IMG/VR virus record: IMGVR_UViG_3300020172_003394
Coordinates: 22,229 to 86,228 of that record
DNA from: a virus
Direction: 5' to 3' (one strand)
DNA: 64,000 nt
Below are positions 1-8,248 of this stretch, piece after piece; position 1 is the stretch's first letter; every line of letters starts with the position of its first letter. The notes beneath the pieces were generated by a model. That model did not search any database. It worked only from the letters and a program-made list of their open reading frames with translations, and was not told the origin of the DNA. A program made the position numbers and the translations under genes.

Positions 1-5
1 AATCA

Positions 6-302
6 TTGGAACGTAAAACTCTTATATGTAAAGAGTGTAATATTGTCACAGTTGTTGTTTCACACGACATCGGTGCAGTAGTCTGTGCATATTGTGTTCA
101 ACAGCAAGTTGGTCCACCGGAAAACAGTAAACCAAAGAATCCCGGTGAAAAGTTTCCCCGTGGGTGGCATTTTAAACAACGATATGTACACACCGATGGT
201 CGTGTGTTTTGTAAAGGTGTAGAAACTAGTGAGACGGATACACCACCATCAACAAAGAAAAAGATTGTCGAGAAAAAGACAATCAAAAAGAAGAGGAAAT
301 AA
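6..302 (+). CDS. hypothetical Zn-ribbon protein with basic tail
   Basis: CxxC...CxxC motifs, Lys-rich C-terminus; start uncertain at window edge. Confidence 0.55.
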   Translation: MERKTLICKECNIVTVVVSHDIGAVVCAYCVQQQVGPPENSKPKNPGEKFPRGWHFKQRYVHTDGRVFCKGVETSETDTPPSTKKKIVEKKTIKKKRK

Positions 303-637
303 TGCTAAATTTACCACCGAAACCATTTCCAGTAATACAAAAGTTTTTGCATGAAAATAAGTTAACTGTTTACAAATATCTTGTAAAACAAATACGGAAA
401 GGTATTCGGGAAGATTTAGAAAAAGTAGAATTGTTTCAAATTAATACTATTCATAGTAGTCAAAAACATACTGCAATAATTAAACAAAAAGATTACGAAG
501 TGGTTCTACAAGATGCTATGCAGTACGCGGTTAACGAAGAAGATTATGAAACAGCGGCAAAAGTTAGGGATACTCTACAGTTATATAAATACAAAAATAT
601 CAATAAACTATTAAATGATATCAAATCCGAGGAGTAA
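302..637 (+). CDS. UVR (UvrB/UvrC motif) domain protein
   Basis: MQYAVNEEDYETAAKVRD matches the UVR coiled-coil motif. Confidence 0.65.
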   Translation: MLNLPPKPFPVIQKFLHENKLTVYKYLVKQIRKGIREDLEKVELFQINTIHSSQKHTAIIKQKDYEVVLQDAMQYAVNEEDYETAAKVRDTLQLYKYKNINKLLNDIKSEE

Positions 638-640
638 TTT

Positions 641-1174
641 ATGGTTATGGCGTTAGATTCGACTAAATGTGTTGTTCTGAATGCCACGTATGAGCCCATA
701 ACAGTCGTGACTTCGAAGCGAGCACTATTGTTATTTTTAGAAGGAAAAGCTATCATAGTCGAGGAACATCCAGAGCTTGTGGTACGGTCACCAAGACAGA
801 CATTCCCTGTACCGTTGATGATTGCGTTAGTACGCTATATCAAGGGCCGCCGTGTATTTAAGACACCAGCTTTACTCACACAGAAAAACCTATTTGTTCG
901 TGATGCATATACTTGCCAATATTGTAATCGGCATAAAAGTGCGTTCCGTCCTAGTGAATTTTTAACTCGTGACCACGTACATCCTGTTGCAAAGGGTGGT
1001 CAAGACAAGTGGGAAAATGTAGTCACAAGTTGTAGTACGTGTAATAATAAAAAAGCAGATAAGTTATTAGAGATGACTACAATGAAACTAGCAAAATTAC
1101 CTGTCACCCCCACTATTTTTGAGTTGTGGACAAAGCAACAGGCACGAACTAACAGAGTAATAATGGTTGCATAA
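641..1174 (+). CDS. HNH endonuclease (McrA-like)
   Basis: VVLNATYEP N-terminus; RDAYTCQYC...TRDHVHP...GG...WENVVTSCSTCNNKK. Confidence 0.9.
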   Translation: MVMALDSTKCVVLNATYEPITVVTSKRALLLFLEGKAIIVEEHPELVVRSPRQTFPVPLMIALVRYIKGRRVFKTPALLTQKNLFVRDAYTCQYCNRHKSAFRPSEFLTRDHVHPVAKGGQDKWENVVTSCSTCNNKKADKLLEMTTMKLAKLPVTPTIFELWTKQQARTNRVIMVA

Positions 1175-1176
1175 CT

Positions 1177-1872
1177 ATGCTGATAACATCTAAAATTGAT
1201 GGTAAAAAATGGTTATGGGTCAACGTTCCCAAAACTGCTTCGACCGCAGTTATGAGAACGTTTTTCCCATCTATGCAAGTAAATGACCAACAACATCAAA
1301 CATACAATCACCTTATAGAAATGTATGGTGAGTTAGATGCATTTACTACAATACGAAATCCTATAACACGATTTAAATCTGCATTAAATCATACGTTAAA
1401 TGTATGTGCGTGTGGTAAATGTAAAATAGTAGATGGTCCCGTAGATAAATTAGATGTCATACGTTTTTTAGGTGACATGCTAAAATTAAAAGGTAGTCGT
1501 AAAGACTTTTTTCGAGCAGTATATATGAACGGATTAAGTAATTACGAAATGAATGTAGCAAATAGCATGAACGAACGATTTAATAAATACTTGATACCAA
1601 ATGGTATAATGTGTCTACGAATCCCAGCTTATGTTTCACAAACTTTTATATTAGAAGGACCGCAAGAAAAACTTCGTATATTTAGGTATGAAAACCTACA
1701 AGAATTGTCGGGATTCATTAAGAACACATTAGGATACGATATGGATAATACTTTATATCGAAAATATCCTAATAAATTGGGGGTTGACTTTTATGACCCT
1801 ACCCTGTTAGATTTAGTCCACGAGCTATATTATGAAGATTTCACTAACTTTAACTACGGAAAACGGTTATGA
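1177..1872 (+). CDS. sulfotransferase family 2 protein
   Basis: VPKTASTA (5'-PSB), IRNPITRFKS (3'-PB), YEDFTNFNY. Confidence 0.8.
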   Translation: MLITSKIDGKKWLWVNVPKTASTAVMRTFFPSMQVNDQQHQTYNHLIEMYGELDAFTTIRNPITRFKSALNHTLNVCACGKCKIVDGPVDKLDVIRFLGDMLKLKGSRKDFFRAVYMNGLSNYEMNVANSMNERFNKYLIPNGIMCLRIPAYVSQTFILEGPQEKLRIFRYENLQELSGFIKNTLGYDMDNTLYRKYPNKLGVDFYDPTLLDLVHELYYEDFTNFNYGKRL

Positions 1873-2492
1873 TTGATTATGAAGAGAAGGCAAAAAAGAA
1901 CTTAGAGAAGTTCAACGCATTTCTTGCTGAAGATCCTCGTGTTGAAAAGTTGAATGAGATGTATGAGGTGTTCGGTGAGCAGTTGCTTTCCGCACCCGCA
2001 TCTGGTAAGATTCATTACCACAACGCATTTCCTGGTGGGTATCTTGACCACGTAGTACACGTTGCGGAAACCTCTATGAAGGTGGCAACCGTGTACAAGG
2101 CTATCGGTGGGCAGATTGACTTTACTAAGCAGGAGATGATTTTTACGGCTCTTCATCACGACTTGGGTAAGTTGGGTAATGAGGCTGGTGCCTACTACCT
2201 TGACCAAGACAGTGATTGGCATCGTAAACGTGGTGAGATGTACACGTATAACGACAATATTCAGTTTATGACGGTCACGGATAGAGCACTGTATCTTTTA
2301 CAAAAGTTTGATATCAAGATTACAGAGAAGGAGTGGCTAGCAATCAAGATGTCAGATGGTTTATATGACGAAGGAAACAAACCATACTACAAGCCGTATC
2401 AGAAGTATGCGATGAAAACGAATCTTCCGTATGTTATCCACTGGTCAGACCATATGGCTTGTACTGCGGAACGTGACGAAGGGATGTTCTAG
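1869..2492 (+). CDS. HD-domain phosphohydrolase
   Basis: HNAFPGGYLDH...ALHHDLGK. Confidence 0.85.
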   Translation: MIDYEEKAKKNLEKFNAFLAEDPRVEKLNEMYEVFGEQLLSAPASGKIHYHNAFPGGYLDHVVHVAETSMKVATVYKAIGGQIDFTKQEMIFTALHHDLGKLGNEAGAYYLDQDSDWHRKRGEMYTYNDNIQFMTVTDRALYLLQKFDIKITEKEWLAIKMSDGLYDEGNKPYYKPYQKYAMKTNLPYVIHWSDHMACTAERDEGMF

Positions 2493-2500
2493 TAGTTGAT

Positions 2501-2582
2501 GCACTCGTGGCGTAATTGGAAGCCGCGCAGGTCTTAGGAACCTGTGCCGTAAGGCGTGTGGGTTCGACCCCCACCGAGTGCA
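2501..2582 (+). tRNA. tRNA-Leu(TAG)
   Basis: cloverleaf, anticodon arm CAGGT-CTTAGGA-ACCTG, long variable arm. Confidence 0.95.
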
Positions 2583-2585
2583 TTT

Positions 2586-2801
2586 ATGACGATACTCAAA
2601 TGTAAAAACTGTGGAGAAACCCAAAATCTACATACCAACTACGCGTATCATTTACCCGATACGCCTGTAGAAAGTATTTTGTGTAATGAATGTGGGGAGA
2701 TTACCGAAGTAACGCATGGTGATAGAAGCTTAACTAGCATAAGCACCGGCTTGTGGCGCCGGGGACAGCGGGGGCAGCACCCGTCTATCACCCTGTGGTA
2801 A
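2586..2801 (+). CDS. small Zn-finger protein whose frame runs through tRNA-His
   Basis: CKNC...CNEC; ATG at 2586. Confidence 0.5.
   Translation: MTILKCKNCGETQNLHTNYAYHLPDTPVESILCNECGEITEVTHGDRSLTSISTGLWRRGQRGQHPSITLW
2718..2792 (+). tRNA. atypical tRNA-His(GTG)
   Basis: G-1/C73, acceptor GTGATAG/CTATCAC, anticodon arm CCGGC-TTGTGGC-GCCGG; T-loop GGCAGCA; no GG in D-loop. Confidence 0.8.
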
Positions 2802-2831
2802 ATACGCGGGTTCAAGTCCCGTCATTCACCC
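2794..2831 (+). pseudogene. 3'-half remnant of a canonical tRNA-His
   Basis: TGTGG followed by T-arm GCGGG-TTCAAGT-CCCGT and CATTCACC; no 5' half. Confidence 0.6.
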
Positions 2832-2887
2832 TAGTACGCCCCTATAGTTCAATTGAAAGCGCATGAATTTAAGAGTATTAATAAGTT

Positions 2888-2962
2888 GGATGAGTGGCAG
2901 AGAGGTCCAATGCAAGAGTCTGCAAAACTCTAAAGCCGCCGGTTCGAATCCGGCCTCGTCCT
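2888..2962 (+). tRNA. tRNA-Cys(GCA)
   Basis: anticodon arm AGAGT-CTGCAAA-ACTCT, U73. Confidence 0.95.
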
Positions 2963-3037
2963 TGCCGAATTTGATTCGGCTGTTTCAGAAATATAACACT
3001 CTGTTATATTCAACACTCGTATAGTTAGGAGTATTCT

Positions 3038-4153
3038 ATGAAAAAACTTATGTTAGCAACGCTGTTATTTAGTGTTGTTGCATGTGATACTTCAACTGAA
3101 CCTTCGCCAACACCCGTAGCAACACAGGTTGCTATTTCTCCGGCGGCAGGACAAGTTGAAGTGGGTCGCACGGCTACACTCACAGCAACAGTATCAGACC
3201 AACTGGGTCGCCCCCTTACTTCACCTGTTACTTGGAGTTCTTTGAACCCTACAGTAGCAACGGTTTCATCCGCAGGTGTCATCACGGGGGTTGCACGTGG
3301 ACAAGCATCAATTCGTGCAACATCGGGAGATGTGCAAGCAACAGTAACGGTATTCGTTATTGACCCAACGGTGGCAACAGTCACCATCACAGGTGCACCC
3401 ACATCTACGTTTTTTGTGGGACAAACCTTCCAAGCAACAGCAACAGCACGTGATGCTTCAAACAATGTTTTAACATCATTTGTGACCACTTGGACATCAG
3501 GTACGCCTGCAGTAGCAACCGTTTCACCGTCAGGATTGGTTACTGCTGTTTCCGCAGGAACATCAATCATCACTATTTCGGTGGGTGGAAGAACATCAAC
3601 AATTACTGTGACAGTTTCATTAGTCCCTGTGAATACTGTAACATTGTCATTGCCGTCACCTGCACGAGTAGGTCGAGATGTAGCGATTACGTCTGTGCTA
3701 CGTAATGCAACAGGAGCAACACTAACATCAGCACAACGAAATTTTGTGTGGGCAAGCACAGACACAACGGTTGCCACTGTTTCTTCTGCTGGTGTTGTTC
3801 GCGGTGTTTCTGTGGGCAATACCACCATCACTGCAATTGTTGAAGGAAAGGTGGGTATTCTTTCTGTATCAGTAACCGAAGTTGCAATTGACCGTATTGT
3901 TGTCACACCTGATAGTGCCAATGTTAAGGTTGGCGCAACTAGACAATACGTTGCTCAAGCGTTTGACGCAGATAGTGTTTCACTTTCTACGGCAGCACTA
4001 AATAGTCGTGTGTTCACATGGACGAGTAGCAACACAGTCAAGTTTGTTGTATCTAATTCAGGACTTGTTACTGGTGTGGCAGTTGGCTCGGAAACCGTAA
4101 CAGCAACAATTGGCAATAAATCCGGGACATCACAAGTTATTATCGTCCCATAA
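3038..4153 (+). CDS. lipoprotein with tandem bacterial Ig-like (Big_2) domains
   Basis: lipobox VVAC; four repeats of W-S-S-x-P-x-VATVS-x-x-G-x-V-T-G. Confidence 0.9.
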   Translation: MKKLMLATLLFSVVACDTSTEPSPTPVATQVAISPAAGQVEVGRTATLTATVSDQLGRPLTSPVTWSSLNPTVATVSSAGVITGVARGQASIRATSGDVQATVTVFVIDPTVATVTITGAPTSTFFVGQTFQATATARDASNNVLTSFVTTWTSGTPAVATVSPSGLVTAVSAGTSIITISVGGRTSTITVTVSLVPVNTVTLSLPSPARVGRDVAITSVLRNATGATLTSAQRNFVWASTDTTVATVSSAGVVRGVSVGNTTITAIVEGKVGILSVSVTEVAIDRIVVTPDSANVKVGATRQYVAQAFDADSVSLSTAALNSRVFTWTSSNTVKFVVSNSGLVTGVAVGSETVTATIGNKSGTSQVIIVP

Positions 4154-4165
4154 CATTTATACAAG

Positions 4166-4251
4166 TAGTTTCAGGGGGTGTGTTGGTATGAGAAAGTCTA
4201 TGAATATTGAAAAGATTTTAAAATACATCAATCAACACCCCCTGAAAGCTG
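4166..4251 (+). ncRNA. candidate structured ncRNA A (long irregular hairpin)
   Basis: TAGTTTCAGGGGGTGT pairs with ACACCCCCTGAAAGCTG; inner GTAT/ATAC and AAAGTCT/AGATTTT. Confidence 0.45.
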
Positions 4252-4298
4252 TGTGTATTTGTGAGAAAACTCAGACGGAAACCTCGGAAAGAGATACC

Positions 4299-4379
4299 GC
4301 TACCTTCGCATAGTGGGATTGCACTTTCTTGGTAAGAAAGAGCCGTAAGGCAGAGTGAGTTCGATTCTCACAGGTAGCT
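4299..4379 (+). tRNA. tRNA-Thr(GGT) with long variable arm
   Basis: acceptor GCTACCT/AGGTAGC; CTTTC-TTGGTAA-GAAAG; V-arm GCC-GTAA-GGC. Confidence 0.85.
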
Positions 4380-4386
4380 TTACACT

Positions 4387-4458
4387 GCCCTGATAGTGTA
4401 ATGGAGAGCACGATTGTCTTCGGAACAATTAGTAAAAGTTCGAATCTTTTTCGGGGCA
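4387..4458 (+). tRNA. tRNA-Arg(TCG)
   Basis: ATTGT-CTTCGGA-ACAAT; AT-rich T stem. Confidence 0.85.
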
Positions 4459-4463
4459 CTTAT

Positions 4464-4537
4464 ACCCTCGTAGCTCAGCTGGATAGAGCATCAGACTTCT
4501 AATCTGAGGGTCAGAGGTTCGAATCCTCTCGGGGGTG
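4464..4537 (+). tRNA. tRNA-Arg(TCT)
   Basis: TCAGA-CTTCTAA-TCTGA, canonical D/T loops. Confidence 0.95.
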
Positions 4538-4541
4538 TTTT

Positions 4542-4628
4542 GGTGCGGTGGTAGAGAGGTTGAATGCACGGGATTGCAAATCCTGCTAGTGGAAACACTA
4601 CACGCCGGTTCGAATCCGGCCCGCACCT
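4542..4628 (+). tRNA. tRNA-Cys(GCA) with long variable arm
   Basis: GGTGCGG/CCGCACC-U73; CGGGA-TTGCAAA-TCCTG; V-arm TAGTG-GAAA-CACTA. Confidence 0.9.
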
Positions 4629-4644
4629 CTAACAAGGAGAAAAT

Positions 4645-5250
4645 ATGTCGTTTCGGATAACAACACGAGTACATAGTGTAAAAAAAGATATACTACCATT
4701 TGCATACGTGGATGATATTTTTACTCCAGAAGAGTTGCAACGGGTCGTTGATTACTGTGATAATTTACAATTGATAGATGCTACGATTGGGCAAGGAAAA
4801 TTAGCACCACAATATAGAAAATCAAAAGTTAATCAATTTAAGGTGAATAAAGAAAACGAGTGGATATTTGAAAGGTTGCAAATAGCCACCGAATATATGA
4901 ATAATGAGTTTTTTAGATTTGATTTAATTGGGTTCGACCAAATACAGTATACTGAGTATAGAGATGACAACAACCTATATGATTTTCACGTAGACTGCTA
5001 TATGGGACACGATGTTCCATTAGATCATTCATATCCAAGAAAGCTTTCATTCAGCTTAATACTTTCTGACAATACCGAATACACGGGTGGTAAATTTGAA
5101 GTGATGTACTCCAAAGTACCGGAAGAAGTAACACAAAAAAAAGGCAGACTTCTAGCATTTCCGTCTCATATGTTGCATAGAGTTACACCTGTAATAAAAG
5201 GAACTAGAAAATCTCTTGTGTTTTGGGTGATAGGACCAAAGTTCAAATAG
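4645..5250 (+). CDS. 2OG-Fe(II) oxygenase (PKHD/prolyl-hydroxylase-like)
   Basis: HVD...RKLSFS...FPS...HRVTPV..GTRKSLVFW. Confidence 0.9.
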   Translation: MSFRITTRVHSVKKDILPFAYVDDIFTPEELQRVVDYCDNLQLIDATIGQGKLAPQYRKSKVNQFKVNKENEWIFERLQIATEYMNNEFFRFDLIGFDQIQYTEYRDDNNLYDFHVDCYMGHDVPLDHSYPRKLSFSLILSDNTEYTGGKFEVMYSKVPEEVTQKKGRLLAFPSHMLHRVTPVIKGTRKSLVFWVIGPKFK

Positions 5251-5259
5251 GAATACTAT

Positions 5260-5469
5260 ATGAAAAAAATAAATATTGAAGTTATCAAAAATATAATATC
5301 GATTATAATCGCATATGGTGCACTAATTATTGTAGCCGCGGTATTACTTTTTACTGCAATAAATAAAACAACTAACGACAGCAAAGAACATGACAGTAAA
5401 ACGCAAGTAGAAAATACGGTGTTGGAAAGTGGTAACATTGAGAATGCTATAAAAACCAATCAATACTGA
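5260..5469 (+). CDS. small membrane-anchored protein
   Basis: N-terminal hydrophobic helix. Confidence 0.55.
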   Translation: MKKINIEVIKNIISIIIAYGALIIVAAVLLFTAINKTTNDSKEHDSKTQVENTVLESGNIENAIKTNQY

Positions 5470-5750
5470 TGAAAAAAATTTTATTTACAAAACCAATTAC
5501 ACTATCCGAAACTGCAGAACACAGAGTCCATACACGTAAGTGGTGGGCAATTCTTATCTTGATTATTGGTGGTCTTTTATTGGCAGGACGAGCACCAGTT
5601 CCGATGTCGTTAAGTTATACTCTTTTGTTCTTTGGCCACGCAGGAATGTTGCATAGTTTTTGGGAAAAACGGGATTACCCTATGGTTATCGTCAATCTTG
5701 TTTGGCTTGGTGTTGATGCCTTGGGGTTCATACGATGGTGGAATATGTAG
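5469..5750 (+). CDS. small membrane protein
   Basis: three hydrophobic segments; translationally coupled. Confidence 0.65.
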   Translation: MKKILFTKPITLSETAEHRVHTRKWWAILILIIGGLLLAGRAPVPMSLSYTLLFFGHAGMLHSFWEKRDYPMVIVNLVWLGVDALGFIRWWNM

Positions 5751-5932
5751 TCAAATCTCCATGCATAAAAGTATGTAAATTACATAAAAATTCATGCATA
5801 GGGTGTCATAGGACTGTAGAAGAAATCAAAAAATGGAATAAATATTCAAACTTGACAAAAGTTTGGGTATGGGTTAAATTATATATAAGACGATATGACC
5901 AGAACTTGTGGAACCTGTACAAAATGTTGTGA
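5735..5932 (+). CDS. DUF1289-like Cys-rich protein
   Basis: SPCIKVC...CIGCHRTVEEIKKW. Confidence 0.75.
   Translation: MVEYVVKSPCIKVCKLHKNSCIGCHRTVEEIKKWNKYSNLTKVWVWVKLYIRRYDQNLWNLYKML
5852..5880 (+). promoter_or_regulatory. sigma70-type promoter
   Basis: TTGACA-N17-TAAATT. Confidence 0.55.
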
Positions 5933-6314
5933 TGGGTGGTTATCTGTTGAAGTATACGGTAATAAAGTAAATGTTGGCAATCCGTGTATCTTCAAAAAAG
6001 AAAGTTGTGGATGCTCTATATATCAAGACAGACCTATCACATGTAAAGAATTTTTGTGTGGGTGGATCAGAGATGATGGTACGCTGTTTGAAGAATGGAT
6101 GAAACCAGATGTAGTTAATTTTATTCTAGTGTACTATAAAGTAGAAGAACTTAATTGGTATAAATTAGTTCAAGCAGGTGAAGATATAAACACGTTGATG
6201 TTAAGTTACGTTATACAAAAAGCACTTCGACAAAATATTAATTTGGAATACTGGATCGGTAATACACAATTTTTAATTGGGTCGGAAGAGTTTAAAAAAT
6301 ACGTAAAGCATTAG
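5895..6314 (+). CDS. YkgJ-like Cys-cluster protein
   Basis: CGTCTKCC...C...GCSIYQDRP..CKEFLC. Confidence 0.75.
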   Translation: MTRTCGTCTKCCDGWLSVEVYGNKVNVGNPCIFKKESCGCSIYQDRPITCKEFLCGWIRDDGTLFEEWMKPDVVNFILVYYKVEELNWYKLVQAGEDINTLMLSYVIQKALRQNINLEYWIGNTQFLIGSEEFKKYVKH

Positions 6315-6316
6315 TC

Positions 6317-6390
6317 GGCAGGGTAGCTCAGTTGGTGAGAGCGCACGACTCATAATCGTGAGGTCGAGGGTTCGAATCCCTCCCCCGCTA
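6317..6390 (+). tRNA. tRNA-Met(CAT), elongator type
   Basis: CACGA-CTCATAA-TCGTG; GGC.../...GCT-A acceptor. Confidence 0.9.
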
Positions 6391-6394
6391 TCAA

Positions 6395-6476
6395 GGGAGT
6401 GTTGCAGAGCGGCCAAATGCAGTTGACTGTAAATCAACCGTCTTAGACTTCGGTGGTTCGAATCCACCCGCTCCCA
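6395..6476 (+). tRNA. tRNA-Tyr(GTA)
   Basis: GTTGA-CTGTAAA-TCAAC, long V-arm. Confidence 0.95.
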
Positions 6477-6479
6477 TAT

Positions 6480-6553
6480 AGGCGCGTAGCTCAGGTGGTT
6501 AGAGCACTGACCTGATAAGTCAGGGGTCGCTGGTTCAACTCCAGCCGTGCCTA
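6480..6553 (+). tRNA. tRNA-Ile(GAT)
   Basis: CTGAC-CTGATAA-GTCAG. Confidence 0.95.
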
Positions 6554-6558
6554 TTTTA

Positions 6559-6630
6559 GCCCCGATAGCTCAATGGTAGAGCATGTGACTCTTAATCACC
6601 AGGTTGTAGGTTCGAGTCCTACTCGGGGCA
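6559..6630 (+). tRNA. tRNA-Lys(CTT)
   Basis: loop CTCTTAA. Confidence 0.95.
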
Positions 6631-6633
6631 TAC

Positions 6634-6706
6634 GCCAAGATAGCTCAGTTGGTAGAGCAGCGGACTGAAGCTCCGCGTGTCGGGGGTTCGACTCCCTCTC
6701 TTGGCA
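6634..6706 (+). tRNA. tRNA-Phe(GAA), G37
   Basis: GCGGA-CTGAAGC-TCCGC. Confidence 0.93.
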
Positions 6707-6712
6707 CTAAGG

Positions 6713-7084
6713 TTAAAGTGGTAATTCAGTAAGATTATTCTCTCGGTCTAAATACTTCATTTCGACCTTAACAGGATTAAATTCCTGAATGGCATTTACC
6801 ACAAGTTGTGGGTCAAGTGTACCGCAGGTATATACATCAAGTTGTAATAAACCAGGTGAGACTTCATCCCACACGTGAAGTGCGATGTGACTTGTTTCGA
6901 TGATGGCAACAGCAGTAAGACCACGATTACCAGCGACATCAAGATAGTTCGCAAATGGTCCCATCATAACTTTCATACCAATGGAAGAAATAAGTGTTTC
7001 CATCCAATGTATTGTAGTTTGTTTGTCTGTTGGTGGATTGGTGACTTCGGCACGAACGATAAGATGTTTATGAACGAGTGGCAT
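6713..7084 (-). CDS. speD: S-adenosylmethionine decarboxylase proenzyme
   Basis: KHLI...GLTAVAIIETSHIALHVW...QLDVYTCG. Confidence 0.85.
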   Translation of the reverse strand: MPLVHKHLIVRAEVTNPPTDKQTTIHWMETLISSIGMKVMMGPFANYLDVAGNRGLTAVAIIETSHIALHVWDEVSPGLLQLDVYTCGTLDPQLVVNAIQEFNPVKVEMKYLDRENNLTELPL

Positions 7085-7153
7085 ATTACATATCCTTTGT
7101 TATAATGTTGTTAGTAAATATATAAGTATTAACGGTATATAAGGAAAATTATA

Positions 7154-7249
7154 ATGAAAGCAGCAGTTATTACATTTTTAATAATAGCTATTAGTATAAG
7201 CTTGACAACCGCGTGGATAGCTATTATATTAGAAAGGGACGAGTTTTAG
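7154..7249 (+). CDS. 31-aa hydrophobic peptide
   Basis: AAGGA RBS; MKAAVITFLIIAISISLTTAWIAIILERDEF. Confidence 0.4.
   Translation: MKAAVITFLIIAISISLTTAWIAIILERDEF
7202..7230 (+). promoter_or_regulatory. sigma70-type promoter upstream of tRNA-Trp
   Basis: TTGACA-N17-TATATT. Confidence 0.75.
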
Positions 7250-7319
7250 GTCCATAGTGTAATTGGCAACACAACAGTCTCCAAAACTGTTTTTCAAGGT
7301 TCGAGTCCTTGTGGGCCTG
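7248..7319 (+). tRNA. tRNA-Trp(CCA)
   Basis: ACAGT-CTCCAAA-ACTGT. Confidence 0.95.
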
Positions 7320-7325
7320 TTTCAT

Positions 7326-7399
7326 TCCCAGGTAGCTCAGTTGGTAGTAGCAGCGCACTGTTAATGCGCGGGTCGGGGGTTCAAGTCCCTCCCTGGGAG
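7326..7399 (+). tRNA. tRNA-Asn(GTT)
   Basis: GCGCA-CTGTTAA-TGCGC. Confidence 0.95.
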
Positions 7400-7433
7400 C
7401 TTGTCGTATTTATTTTTCACAAACGAGGTTATT

Positions 7434-7691
7434 ATGAATTTGACACCGAATGATAAGTTGAAGTTGGAAGCAGCACTGAAGGATATGGCTACGTCTATGA
7501 CACGGGTAGCAGCAGAACGCGACCTACAGAAGAATGTGATTGGAGACATCTGTGAAGAACTCCAACTCAATAAGAAGGTGTTCCGTAAGTTGGCACGTGT
7601 GTATTACAAGCAAAACTTTGATGACGAAGTTGCAACGCATCAAGAGTTTGAAACCCTTTACGAGACTGTAACGCAAACTACTAAGCCCTAA
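7434..7691 (+). CDS. T4 DsbA-like double-stranded DNA-binding protein
   Basis: KKVFRKLARVYYKQNFDDEV...FETLYE; GAGG RBS before ATG 7434. Confidence 0.7.
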   Translation: MNLTPNDKLKLEAALKDMATSMTRVAAERDLQKNVIGDICEELQLNKKVFRKLARVYYKQNFDDEVATHQEFETLYETVTQTTKP

Positions 7692-7701
7692 GAGGTGACG
7701 T

Positions 7702-8145
7702 ATGAATCGGTTATGGATGTTGTTGTTCGTTTTCGGATGTACGGCACCAACCGAACCGCAGGTTACAAACTATCAATTAAATTTTGTAAAAGATGTAGAT
7801 ACAATTTTTGTTGATACCACGGCAATACAAATCACAAAGCATATTGGAGCGGTCACTAATATTCACGGCAGACGAATGGTATTGATAACAGGAAATATTT
7901 ACATCCAAGCAACTCCTGGATTTGGACATGTAGATACTCTACCTACGGTTAATCCAATATCGTATACCAACAACGGGTATGTAGGCACTGTATTTGGTGC
8001 CTTTCCAAGTATGGTAGGAATGACTGCAACCATTATTGCAAAAGTTGTAGATGATATACGAACACCTGAAGAATATAGGTATCCGCAACTTCGGCAAGTA
8101 TTGGCAGTGGATACGATGAAGATGGTTATTCTCCCACGCAAATAG
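7702..8145 (+). CDS. putative lipoprotein
   Basis: lipobox-like VFGC after hydrophobic stretch. Confidence 0.6.
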   Translation: MNRLWMLLFVFGCTAPTEPQVTNYQLNFVKDVDTIFVDTTAIQITKHIGAVTNIHGRRMVLITGNIYIQATPGFGHVDTLPTVNPISYTNNGYVGTVFGAFPSMVGMTATIIAKVVDDIRTPEEYRYPQLRQVLAVDTMKMVILPRK

Positions 8146-8150
8146 TAGTT

Positions 8151-8224
8151 GGGGTGGTAGCTCAATTGGTTAGAGCACTGCACTGTCACTGCAGAGGTTG
8201 CGGGTTCGATTCCCGTCCATCCCG
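8151..8224 (+). tRNA. tRNA-Asp(GTC)
   Basis: CTGCA-CTGTCAC-TGCAG, G73. Confidence 0.95.
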
Positions 8225-8248
8225 TTTTACACCACCAAGGAGTATTTT

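Noticed and set aside
641-1174. HNH as a mobile homing element
   Set aside because: Free-standing bacterial McrA-like type with no flanking intron or repeat evidence
3025-3921. 298-aa minus-strand ORF
   Set aside because: Antisense shadow of the Big_2 lipoprotein, which has an RBS, a lipobox and clear domains
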